From NCBI RefSeq assembly GCF_000018105.1, contig NC_009925.1, positions 5,970,001 through 6,002,000 of the forward strand: DNA of 32,000 nucleotides. Direction: 5' to 3'. This document shows positions 24,015-32,000 of this stretch, piece after piece. The stretch comes from Acaryochloris marina MBIC11017. Its GTDB lineage: Bacteria; Cyanobacteriota; Cyanobacteriia; Thermosynechococcales; Thermosynechococcaceae. How positions within the stretch are numbered: position 1 is the stretch's first letter; each line of letters starts with the position of its first letter. The notes under the pieces are model-generated. The model made no database searches and was not told the DNA's origin. It was given only the letters and a program-made list of their open reading frames with translations. The translations under genes were made by a program, and so were the position numbers.

Positions 24015-26021
24015 ATGACTATGCTGGAACAAGGCACAATTTCGATACATACCGAGAATATCTTCCCGATCATCAAAAAATGGCTCTATTCAGACCATGA
24101 GATTTTCTTGCGGGAACTGATTTCCAATGCAGTGGACGCCATGCAGAAAATGAAGATGGTGTCGATGGCAGGGGAATATTCCGGTGAAGTGGGGGAACCT
24201 GAGGTTGTAATCACCGTTGACAAGGATAACAAGCAGCTCACCATTACCGACAATGGCATCGGCATGACAGCTGATGAGGTCAAGCAATATATTACTCAGG
24301 TGGCCTTTTCCAGTGCAGAGGAATTTGTCGAGAAATATAAAGACAGTGGTGATCAGGCCATTATTGGCCATTTTGGCTTGGGCTTTTATTCGTCCTTTAT
24401 GGTGGCGCAAAAAGTTGAAATCGATACTCTGTCTTATAAAGAAGGGGCTGAAGCCGTTCATTGGTCCTGCGAAGGCAATACGGACTATCAGTTAGAGGCC
24501 TCAGAGTGGAATCAGCGAGGGACTAAGATTACCCTCACTTTGATGGAAGAGGAGATTGAATATGCCGAAGAGGCTCGCATCAAGTCTTTGGTAAAGACCT
24601 ACTGTGATTTCCTGCCTGTCCCCATCAAATTAGGGGATGAGCAAATTAACAAGCAAAAAGCACCTTGGAAAGAGTCTCCTAGCAATCTTACCGATGAAGA
24701 CTATCTGGAGTTTTATCGGTATCTATATCCCTTCCAGGAAGATCCTTTACTCTGGGTACATCTAAATACGGACTATCCGTTTATCGTCAATGGCATTCTC
24801 TACTTTCCGAAGCTGAAGCCAGATATTGATGTGACAAAAGGCCAAATAAAGCTGTTTTGCAATCAGGTATTTGTTAGCGACAATTGTGAAGAGGTGATTC
24901 CTCAGTTCCTGATGCCGCTCCAGGGCGTGATTGACAGTAGCGATATCCCTCTTAATGTCTCCCGTAGCTTTTTGCAGAATGATCGCACGGTCCGCCGGAT
25001 TGCGGATTATATTGCTAAGAAAGTGGGGGATCGCCTGAAAGCCCTCTATCGTGATGACCGGGATGCCTATATTCGCTGCTGGCAAGATGTGGGGACTTTC
25101 GTCAAATTCGGCTCCATCAATAACGATAAGTTCAAGAAACAAATCGAAGATATTTTGATTTATCGAACCACTGCTGAACTTGCTCCAGCCCCAGAGCCTA
25201 CGGCTGAACCTGCCATTGAAAATTCTGAAGATACAACGGATGATGCTTGGGCAGATTCTCCAACTGATGCCAAAGAAGAGGCTTCTGCTGCCTCCTCTGA
25301 ACCGCCCCATACGACGTTGAAAGAGTATCTGGAGCGCAATCAGGAGCGGCATGAGAACCAGGTTTACTACTGTACCGATGAGGTCAACCAAGCGACCTAT
25401 GTCTCCTTACTGAAAAATCAAGGATTGGAAGTACTGTTCCTGGATACTTTTATTGACACCCACTTTGTCCCGTTCCTAGAACGAGAATATACAGACGTGA
25501 AGTTTGCACGGGTGGATGCGGATTTGGATGAAACCCTTATTGATAAGGATCAAGCAGCCGAAATTGTCGATCCCACTACCAATCAAACGCGCAGTGAAAT
25601 TATCAAGGCCCTGTTTGAGAAATCTCTGGACAATTCTAATCTAACCATCCGCACCGAAGCGTTGAAGTCGGATACTCCTCAAGGGGCACCTCCGGCAATG
25701 GTGCTGTTACCGGAATCCGCTCGTCGGATGCAGGAGATGATGGCCATGATGCAGCAACAGAATATGCAGTTTCCTACTGAATATACGTTGCTAGTCAATA
25801 CCTCTCATCCACTGATTCAAAATCTGTTGACTCTGAGTCAGGGAGGAGTGGTCCAAGCGGATGGTCAATCTCCTGCAGGAGAATTAGCAAATCAAATTTG
25901 CCACCATGTCTATGATTTGGCTCTGATGGCTCAGAAAGGGTTTGATGCTGAGGGAATGCAAGCATTTACCGAGCGCTCTAACCAGGTGCTCACTCGGTTG
26001 ACTGAGTTAGCTGCGAAATAG
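24015..26021 (+). CDS. htpG: Hsp90-family molecular chaperone HtpG
   Basis: ENIFPIIKKWLYSDHEIFLRELISNAVDA, DNGIGMT, IGHFGLGFYSSFMVA and SDIPLNVSR are all HtpG/Hsp90 signatures. Confidence 0.95.
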   Translation: MTMLEQGTISIHTENIFPIIKKWLYSDHEIFLRELISNAVDAMQKMKMVSMAGEYSGEVGEPEVVITVDKDNKQLTITDNGIGMTADEVKQYITQVAFSSAEEFVEKYKDSGDQAIIGHFGLGFYSSFMVAQKVEIDTLSYKEGAEAVHWSCEGNTDYQLEASEWNQRGTKITLTLMEEEIEYAEEARIKSLVKTYCDFLPVPIKLGDEQINKQKAPWKESPSNLTDEDYLEFYRYLYPFQEDPLLWVHLNTDYPFIVNGILYFPKLKPDIDVTKGQIKLFCNQVFVSDNCEEVIPQFLMPLQGVIDSSDIPLNVSRSFLQNDRTVRRIADYIAKKVGDRLKALYRDDRDAYIRCWQDVGTFVKFGSINNDKFKKQIEDILIYRTTAELAPAPEPTAEPAIENSEDTTDDAWADSPTDAKEEASAASSEPPHTTLKEYLERNQERHENQVYYCTDEVNQATYVSLLKNQGLEVLFLDTFIDTHFVPFLEREYTDVKFARVDADLDETLIDKDQAAEIVDPTTNQTRSEIIKALFEKSLDNSNLTIRTEALKSDTPQGAPPAMVLLPESARRMQEMMAMMQQQNMQFPTEYTLLVNTSHPLIQNLLTLSQGGVVQADGQSPAGELANQICHHVYDLALMAQKGFDAEGMQAFTERSNQVLTRLTELAAK

Positions 26022-26064
26022 AGACCTTAAAACTTGGGGAAGCGCCCCTAAGCTTCAATATTTA

Positions 26065-26096
26065 TAGCCCGCTTAGTATCATTGCTGAGCGGGCTA
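26065..26096. terminator. Stem-loop between convergent htpG and the 2TM gene (12-bp stem including one G-U pair, 8-nt loop)
   Basis: TAGCCCGCTTAG (26065-26076) pairs with CTGAGCGGGCTA (26085-26096). The hairpin sits 44 nt after the htpG stop. No clear U-tract is present. Confidence 0.5.
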
Positions 26097-26143
26097 AGTG
26101 ATGGGGCAGATCAGGCGGAAGGGATAAGAGAGGCGTTACTGGA

Positions 26144-26683
26144 TTAGACACTCAACAATCGTCCCAGCCAGGTATCCACTTTCTTTTGAAACTGATGCTT
26201 GCGTTCCCATCTCCGAAAAGCCTTTTCGTAGGCTTCATCCCCAGTGTGATAGACATTCCAGGCATTCAGTCCTAAACGCAATCCCCAGATCAAGGCAATA
26301 TACAAAGACCATGGGGACGAGAATCCCATAAGGGTATTGATGAGGATGAGACTGGCATTTGCGATCGCATATCGTCCTGCTTTTTTTCGCAAGTTAGCGC
26401 GACGATACAAATTAAAGCTTTGGCGCTTCACTAATTCCCCTTGTTGGGTTTTGATACTTTGAGCAGCCTGCTCCAAGGTGATTTGGGGAATCGCTAGTTC
26501 TTCGGCAATTTCTAGAAGCTGCGCATGGGAAAATTCACCCTCATAGTCTTGTTGTGCGATCGCAAGGTTGAGGATTTGCTGAACTTGCTCTTGGCTGTAG
26601 GTCAATGTTGCTTTTGACGGTTCCGCTGCCATGCCCAATATCCAGTGTCTCAATCCTATTATGACAAACTTGCTGACCGACAC
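26144..26683 (-). CDS. 2TM-domain membrane protein
   Basis: The C-terminal RRANLRKKAGRYAIANASLILINTLMGFSSPWSLYIALIWGLRLGLNAWNVYH matches the pattern of two closely spaced TM helices. The maximal ORF starts at a GTG (26683); an ATG at 26632 (MAAEPSK...) is the more likely start. Confidence 0.65.
   Translation of the reverse strand: MSVSKFVIIGLRHWILGMAAEPSKATLTYSQEQVQQILNLAIAQQDYEGEFSHAQLLEIAEELAIPQITLEQAAQSIKTQQGELVKRQSFNLYRRANLRKKAGRYAIANASLILINTLMGFSSPWSLYIALIWGLRLGLNAWNVYHTGDEAYEKAFRRWERKHQFQKKVDTWLGRLLSV
26361..26368. repeat. HIP1 palindrome GCGATCGC
   Basis: Exact match read in sequence. Confidence 0.9.
26556..26563. repeat. HIP1 palindrome GCGATCGC
   Basis: Exact match read in sequence. 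Confidence 0.9.
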
Positions 26684-27099
26684 GGTTCGAAGGTTGTGGG
26701 GCTAGCCCTAATCTTTTTTAATTACAGCTTGTTATGGGGCATATCTACAGCTATGGCGAAGGCCACAAATAGCCGTATTGTCAGCTGTTTAGCCCTAAGC
26801 TGAGTCCATTCGGAACGGGTTCGGAAATTTCTACGTCCTTCCCCAAGCTTTGGTTCACATAGGTCCCAAAAAGATTTTTACCAGGAAATTCGATGAGATT
26901 TGTCTATCTGTCATCAGCCATTTTTGGTCCGTCGCCACCCTATGTCTATGGGGCAACCATTCAGAGCGGGGTTAACCGGAACTTCACAAATACATGAGAG
27001 GTTGAGCCCATAAGAGCTAACTCTCGATTCAACTTAGTCCCAGACAAAGAGAATTGAGGGTGGCTCTCCTTTAGACAAATAACACTTTAATGACTTGTT

Positions 27100-27441
27100 A
27101 TGGCTAGATATACTTGCTCAACAACCGTTTTACAGCCCTTAGATAACGTCTATTCAAAATTACAAACATTTTTAGATGGAAATGGCCTAGAAGTCTTATT
27201 TTTCCAAAAGGACTGTCTGATTGCTAGAGAGCACCCCGGACAAGTTGCCATTGCTAAACTCGTCACGATTGAAGTTGTGGTAGACAATGCCCTAGATTCC
27301 GCCAACGCCAAGCAGATGGATGTGGTTGTGACGAATGAAGAGTTGCCTTTCCACAGACAGAATCATTGCTTTGAGATTTTCAATCAGCTCAGCGAACTGC
27401 TCAATACGAATTGCTCAATATCTATTGAAGGCCCAAAGTAA
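27100..27441 (+). CDS. Hypothetical protein
   Basis: ATG-initiated 113-aa ORF with globular-looking composition. I recognise no family. Confidence 0.4.
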   Translation: MARYTCSTTVLQPLDNVYSKLQTFLDGNGLEVLFFQKDCLIAREHPGQVAIAKLVTIEVVVDNALDSANAKQMDVVVTNEELPFHRQNHCFEIFNQLSELLNTNCSISIEGPK

Positions 27442-27642
27442 CCACATCTGCGATAGATTGCCATCCGGCACCATGGTTCATGGAACTGTCCCTGACTCTT
27501 GCCGAATATTAGGCCAATCAACAATCCCCCTAAAATTTGTCTTATCTTTTCTGGCTAAAAATATAAATCCATACCCTAACCGTATCTTTGTAAAATCAAA
27601 GTCGATAATATTTTTAGTCCGCCTACAAAATTAAATCAAAAG

Positions 27643-28275
27643 ATGAGTCTAGATCATCCTCCCAGAATTTTATTTCTTTATGGTTCTTTGAGAGAGCGCT
27701 CTTACAGCCGTCTTCTAGCGGAAGAAGCATCACGAATTATTGAAGAGATGGGGGCAGAAGTGCGCTTTTTCAACCCTCGTGGGCTGCCGTTACATGGAGC
27801 TGAACCCGATACCCATCCCAAAGTTCAGGAATTGCTCACCCTGGTCCAATGGTCAGAGGGGCAGGTCTGGTCCAGCCCTGAACTCCACGGCAATATTTCT
27901 GGCTTGATGAAAACTCAAATTGACTGGATACCTCTAAAATTAGGAGCTGTTCGGCCCACCCAAGGCAAAACCCTTGCTGTGATGCAGGTTTCAGGCGGGT
28001 CCCAATCCTTTAATGCCGTGAATACCATGAGATTGCTGGGAAGATGGATGCGAATGTTCACCATTCCGAATCAATCCTCTGTCGCCAAGGCTTACCAGGA
28101 ATTTCACGAAGATGGCAGACTCAAAGATTCTGCCTATCGAGATCGGGTTGTTGATGTGATGGAAGAACTGTATCGGTTCACCCTGTTACTGCGCGACAAA
28201 GTGGATGAACTCACGGATCGCTACAGTGAACGCAAGGCACAGCAACAGATGGATATGTCAAAAGTACTAAAATAA
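27643..28275 (+). CDS. arsH: ArsH-type NADPH-dependent FMN reductase
   Basis: [71 protein letters not shown], and [23 protein letters not shown]. Confidence 0.85.
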   Translation: MSLDHPPRILFLYGSLRERSYSRLLAEEASRIIEEMGAEVRFFNPRGLPLHGAEPDTHPKVQELLTLVQWSEGQVWSSPELHGNISGLMKTQIDWIPLKLGAVRPTQGKTLAVMQVSGGSQSFNAVNTMRLLGRWMRMFTIPNQSSVAKAYQEFHEDGRLKDSAYRDRVVDVMEELYRFTLLLRDKVDELTDRYSERKAQQQMDMSKVLK

Positions 28276-28355
28276 TAGCCGGACTCTTTGATCTGCCTCA
28301 CCGCATTGCATAGGACTATAAACAAAAGGGGCAAAGGCGTCGGGCTCAGCTAATC

Positions 28356-28405
28356 AAAAAAATGCCAGATTGATCAATCCGCATGGGGTATCAACCTGGC
28401 ATTTT
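28356..28405. terminator. Bidirectional intrinsic terminator between convergent arsH and the Pro-rich protein gene
   Basis: AAAATGCCAG (28359-28368) is the exact reverse complement of CTGGCATTTT (28396-28405). The stem extends inward by five more pairs after one mismatch. A 7-nt A-run precedes it and a T-run follows, giving U-tracts on both strands. Confidence 0.65.
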
Positions 28406-28446
28406 AAGTTGGAACATTTACTCAAATCCAGCTCAATAGATGAGAG

Positions 28447-28857
28447 TTACCACAGTCCACGGACAGGTTGTGGGGCAACTTCTTCTGCTGGGGTTGTTGG
28501 GGTAACCGGCGCTGGATCGCTAGGGCCAGCAGGGGCAACATCACCTGTAGGAGCTGCAGGAGCTGGGCTGTCAGCACCACCAATCGCATCAGAACTTTCT
28601 TCCACTGTCGTGGGTGAGATAGTCTGGCCGCTATTGGGAGCCGCGGGTTCAGGAGTGGGGGCAGCTTCAGGGGCTCCGGGCGTTGGGGCAGCTTCAGGAG
28701 TGGGCGTGATTTCATCGGTTGCAGCTGGGGATTGATCCGGTTGAGGAATATCCTGGGATCTAACCAGCTGAGGAGACAGAATAGAGAAACTTGCCAAGCA
28801 ACCCACGGTGGCTGCGGATAAGACTATTCTTTGAATACTGGGAGCAAATTTAGTCAT
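28447..28857 (-). CDS. Exported Pro/Ala/Thr-rich low-complexity protein
   Basis: Signal-peptide-like N-terminus MTKFAPSIQRIVLSAATVGCLASFSIL. GAGG lies 8 nt upstream of the ATG. The body is PAPT-rich (TPTPEAAPTPGAPEAAPTPEPAAP). Confidence 0.55.
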   Translation of the reverse strand: MTKFAPSIQRIVLSAATVGCLASFSILSPQLVRSQDIPQPDQSPAATDEITPTPEAAPTPGAPEAAPTPEPAAPNSGQTISPTTVEESSDAIGGADSPAPAAPTGDVAPAGPSDPAPVTPTTPAEEVAPQPVRGLW

Positions 28858-28996
28858 TAAAAATGCCTCAAAGGTATAGGGAACGTTTGCCTAAAAAGAC
28901 GAAATTTTCAGAATTAAAGTTTCAAAGATTCTGACATACAATTTCTATCTTTTACCAAAAATTTACCCTTTTCTAGTAGTATTTAGAATTGGGATG

Positions 28997-31096
28997 TTAT
29001 GACAATTTTTCTATAGCCTCGATCATTTTCTGGTAATCCTTCGTCTTTCCTTGAACTTGGTAAATATCTGCAGCTTTTTGTAAGTCCTGGATCGCCTCTT
29101 GCTTCTTGCCGAGCTGGCCTTTTACCGTTCCACGGTTTTCATATGCTTTAGCGTAGGTTGAATCAATGTCAATGGCTTGGGTATAGTCAGCAATTGCGGC
29201 TTGTTTATTCCCCAAGGCTAATTGGGCAGTGCCCCGATTAGTATATGCTCTGGCATATTTGGGATCAACACGAATCGCTTGAGTATAATCGGCAATTGCT
29301 TTCTTCAAATTGCCGAGGTTAACATATGCAATTCCCCGATTATTGTAGGCTTGAGCATAGTTGGAGTTCAGGCGAATGACCTGGGAATAATCTGAGATCG
29401 CGGCCTTGGTATTGCCTAGATCTGACTGCACAATGCCGCGATTAAAGTACGCCTCATAATACTGAGCATCAATCTGTACTGCTTGGGAATAATCGGCGAT
29501 GGCCGCCTGTTTTTTCCCAACCTCAGAATAAATGGTTCCTCGATTGTTATAGGCCTGAACATGTTGAGGATTGAGGCGAATCGCTTCCGTAAAATCAGCA
29601 ATGGCAGCCAGTTTGTCCCCTAGCTCGCTGCGCACCAATCCTCGATTATTGTAAGCATCGACTGAGGTTGGCTTGAGGCGGATGGCGGTAGTGTAATGGG
29701 CGATGGCCCCTTTAAGATCATTGAGCCGACGTTTCGTAATCCCACTGTTAAAGTGGGCTTCTGCATTTTCAGGATCTTTCTGAATCGCAGCTGCATATTC
29801 ACGCAATGCCCGTTGATAGTCTCCTTGGGCAAACTTTTGATCCCCTTGTTGGAGATGACCTTGAACTTGCCGATTGACTTCGGCAACTGTGATCGCTTTG
29901 GGGGAAACGGCTGATTGTAGCCCTTGGGCCACGACATACCCGATTCCGCCCAGGAGTGTCAGGGTGAATAGGGCACTGCCAACAACCTTGCGACTCATGC
30001 GGGGAGACGAGTCTTTTTGAAGAGAAGTGGTATTGGATTGGGGTGCTAAATAAAAGATAAAGGGTTTGGACCGTCGGTCCACCGAAGATTCAACCACTTT
30101 TGTAGGGGGCAAAGACGCTTCCAGGGAACTCTGCACTTGCCCCGGTAACGGTAACGTCGAAGCTTTGGGGAGAGTCGTTGCTGTGGCGCTGGCCCCTGGA
30201 GTTGGGACCGTCCTGGATAACACTTTTAGGGCTGCTTCTGCCGATTGATAGCGGTTTGAGGCTTCTTTCTGTAAAAGCTGACTCAAAACCTGTCTTAGCA
30301 AGGGACTGAGGGGCTGGGAAACATAGGAATACCATGACTCTAGCCAACTGTACCCGAGTTCCGTTGCCAAAGTGGATGGAGAGGTTTGGCTTAATAGATA
30401 AAAACAGCTCGCGCCTAATCCGAACAAATCACCGCTAGGGGTGGCAATGCCTAATCGCATTTGCTCAAAAGGGGCAAAGCCAGGTGAACCTAAGACAGTT
30501 CCAGATAGCTCTTTCGCAGGATCAGGGATAGGTTTAGCAACGCCAAAATCGATCAGCACATATTTCCCAGTTCCAGGAATATGCATAATATTATCGGGCT
30601 TAATATCTCGATGAATAACGCCGCGTTCATGGATGTATTGCAGAACTGGAAGCAGATTAAGCAATATTTGCTCAATCTGTTCCCCAGAAAAAGGGCCCTG
30701 ATGCTCTAGGAGCTGCTTTAAATTTTTCCCTTCTATGTACTGCTGGATCAGATACAGACAGCCTTCGTCTTCAAAATAGCCCAGTAAAGCAGGGATTTGA
30801 GGGTGAGTCCCCAGTTGCTGGAGCTGTTGGGCTTCCCCTTCAAAGAGCTGAATGGCTTTTTGTTTCATCCAGGCATTGGTGGATTGGAAGGTGAGCTGCT
30901 TTACAACACAACGCTCATTCAGGTTATCCGTATCATGGGCCAGAAAAGTCCGGCCAAACCCCCCTTTCCCTAAAAGTTTGATAACTTTATAGCGGTTTCT
31001 GAGTAACGCGGATAGGGGTGCACCACATCGTTGGCAGTAGTGATCTCCATCGTGGTTTTGGGGCTGATTGCAGGTAGGGCTGAGGCAACAGATCAT
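28997..31096 (-). CDS. Ser/Thr protein kinase with an N-terminal Cys4 zinc ribbon, one TM helix and C-terminal TPR repeats
   Basis: CLSPTC...CQRC zinc ribbon; kinase motifs GKGGFGRT, HRDIKPDN, DFG and GSPGFAPFEQ; hydrophobic segment VVGSALFTLTLLGGIGYVVAQG; about eight 34-aa TPR units (AIADY.QAI...P....AYNNRG). Confidence 0.9.
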   Translation of the reverse strand: MICCLSPTCNQPQNHDGDHYCQRCGAPLSALLRNRYKVIKLLGKGGFGRTFLAHDTDNLNERCVVKQLTFQSTNAWMKQKAIQLFEGEAQQLQQLGTHPQIPALLGYFEDEGCLYLIQQYIEGKNLKQLLEHQGPFSGEQIEQILLNLLPVLQYIHERGVIHRDIKPDNIMHIPGTGKYVLIDFGVAKPIPDPAKELSGTVLGSPGFAPFEQMRLGIATPSGDLFGLGASCFYLLSQTSPSTLATELGYSWLESWYSYVSQPLSPLLRQVLSQLLQKEASNRYQSAEAALKVLSRTVPTPGASATATTLPKASTLPLPGQVQSSLEASLPPTKVVESSVDRRSKPFIFYLAPQSNTTSLQKDSSPRMSRKVVGSALFTLTLLGGIGYVVAQGLQSAVSPKAITVAEVNRQVQGHLQQGDQKFAQGDYQRALREYAAAIQKDPENAEAHFNSGITKRRLNDLKGAIAHYTTAIRLKPTSVDAYNNRGLVRSELGDKLAAIADFTEAIRLNPQHVQAYNNRGTIYSEVGKKQAAIADYSQAVQIDAQYYEAYFNRGIVQSDLGNTKAAISDYSQVIRLNSNYAQAYNNRGIAYVNLGNLKKAIADYTQAIRVDPKYARAYTNRGTAQLALGNKQAAIADYTQAIDIDSTYAKAYENRGTVKGQLGKKQEAIQDLQKAADIYQVQGKTKDYQKMIEAIEKLS

Positions 31097-31250
31097 GTTG
31101 CAACATCGAAAGTATGAGGAACCATACTCAATTCTAACTTTCTACTCATCCGGACCTTGTAGCCTAGGCACTGAATCCTTATTATTATGCATCTTATACA
31201 TGCCAGGCCTTCAGCATGGCTGGGGAAAGAAGGTGGCCTTGATCGCCACT

Positions 31251-32000
31251 TCACAAGCTCTTGGCTCTAAAATACTGTCTCGATAAGGTTTGATAGGATT
31301 GCGATCGCATCGCCAATACGGTCATCATCAATCCCACCAGTCCTGTCACCGTAAACAATAGGGCGATTCCCCGAGCCCGACCCGTTCCAAACCAGGGACC
31401 CAGGAGTTCGACCCCAGCCCCCGTGGTCATAAACGGAATAAACAGGAGCTGGGCAATAGGGCCCACCATAAATGCAGTCAAGGGGGAAGCCGCTTGCTCA
31501 ATACTTTGGGCAAAGCCAAACACCCGCCCCTGGCGCTCAAGGGGGATCACTGTTTGCAAGATGGTTTGTTCGGCCGCTTCCACCACAGGGGTTAGACACA
31601 GATACACAAAAGACCCCATCGCCAACAGTACAATTGATGCCTGAATGGTAAAAAAGATGGCCACTCCCCATATGCCTAGGTTGGCCAGAAATAGGGTTCG
31701 CAGGGGACTTTTCCCCAAGCCACAGCGAGCCACCCCAATCCCACCCACAATAAAGCCCAAGCTTAAAAATCCCCATAAAATCCCCCAAACCTGAACAGAT
31801 ACTAGGGATAGTCCATAGGCATCCATTAAAGACATAAAGACACCACCTAAAAAGTTGTTGATGGTATTGAAGAAAATTAAGGCGAATAGACCTGGGACAA
31901 GATAAATCGATCGAATCGTACCCCGAAGATCAACGTTTCGAGTTTCTGACTCAGTTTGCAGGATATTCTGCTCAGGTATGGGGATTGCTGCAAGTTGAAG
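31251..32000 (-). CDS. MFS-type transporter, partial (N-terminus outside the window)
   Basis: I extended the frame by hand beyond the ORF-track Met at 31835, and it stays open to base 32000 (...RSIYLVPGLFALIFFNTINNFLGGVFMSLMDAYGL...). It contains multiple hydrophobic helices. Confidence 0.75.
   Translation of the reverse strand, partial: LQLAAIPIPEQNILQTESETRNVDLRGTIRSIYLVPGLFALIFFNTINNFLGGVFMSLMDAYGLSLVSVQVWGILWGFLSLGFIVGGIGVARCGLGKSPLRTLFLANLGIWGVAIFFTIQASIVLLAMGSFVYLCLTPVVEAAEQTILQTVIPLERQGRVFGFAQSIEQAASPLTAFMVGPIAQLLFIPFMTTGAGVELLGPWFGTGRARGIALLFTVTGLVGLMMTVLAMRSQSYQTLSRQYFRAKSL
31301..31308. repeat. HIP1 palindrome GCGATCGC
   Basis: Exact match read in sequence. Confidence 0.9.

Noticed and set aside
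24086-25391. Antisense and alternative-frame ORFs inside htpG, including a 209-aa antisense ORF (24762-25391)
   Set aside because: The htpG identification is unambiguous, and the antisense product has no recognisable motifs.
26684-26700. GGTTCGAA, a tRNA T-loop-like string just upstream of the 2TM gene
   Set aside because: The flanking bases do not form a T-stem, and no acceptor or anticodon arms can be drawn. It is not a tRNA.
27335-27634. 99-aa ORF overlapping the end of the 27100-27441 gene and running to the arsH start
   Set aside because: It is out of frame with its neighbour, has an AT-rich low-information translation and no RBS. It probably spans the arsH promoter region.
28370-28735. 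121-aa Gly/Ala/Val/Ser-rich plus-strand ORF and a 97-aa minus-strand ORF (28422-28715) overlapping the Pro-rich gene
   Set aside because: The plus-strand ORF starts inside the terminator hairpin and is the complement shadow of the PAPT-rich coding sequence. The 28447-28857 minus-strand frame has the RBS and the signal peptide.
29020-29830. Regular periodicity of about 102 nt that could superficially resemble a repeat array
   Set aside because: It is the DNA image of 34-aa TPR units within the kinase ORF. The units are diverged and in frame, with no spacer/repeat architecture, so this is not a CRISPR array.

Overview
This looks like a cyanobacterial chromosomal segment: mid-40s % GC by eye and eight copies of the HIP1 palindrome GCGATCGC. 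The unusual part is the left 9.1 kb. One reading frame is open from base 1 to 6108 (2035 sense codons, with the 5' end outside the window). It encodes a Ser/Thr/Pro/Gln/Glu-rich protein that is almost free of aromatics and Cys and ends in a single amphipathic helix. Three genes follow at 22-29 nt spacing: an Afp7/Pvc7-type tube-initiator-like protein without a LysM domain, a VgrG-type spike (gpD-like hub plus gp5 OB fold plus beta-helix), and a DUF4280 PAAR-like tip protein. Together these form the ruler-position / initiator / hub / tip core of a contractile injection system (phage-tail-like particle). The baseplate wedge, fibre, ATPase and cap genes that normally follow are absent from the next 23 kb; sheath and tube genes, if present, would lie upstream of the window. 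The remainder is mostly ordinary. It holds an SPFH/band-7 gene overlapping a small Arc-like ribbon-helix-helix gene, preceded by a palindromic candidate operator. It also holds a pentapeptide-repeat protein, queG, pnp (71-nt convergent overlap with queG), a SNF2-family helicase ending in a 21-bp perfect inverted repeat, a tandem-CHRD protein, htpG, a 2TM protein, an orphan arsH, a zinc-ribbon Ser/Thr kinase with TPR repeats, and a partial MFS transporter. A REC-histidine kinase gene is cleanly split by an intact IS630-family element with TA target duplication. I recognised no rRNA, tRNA or CRISPR array. All homology calls rest on motif recognition by eye and need HMM or structure searches to confirm.
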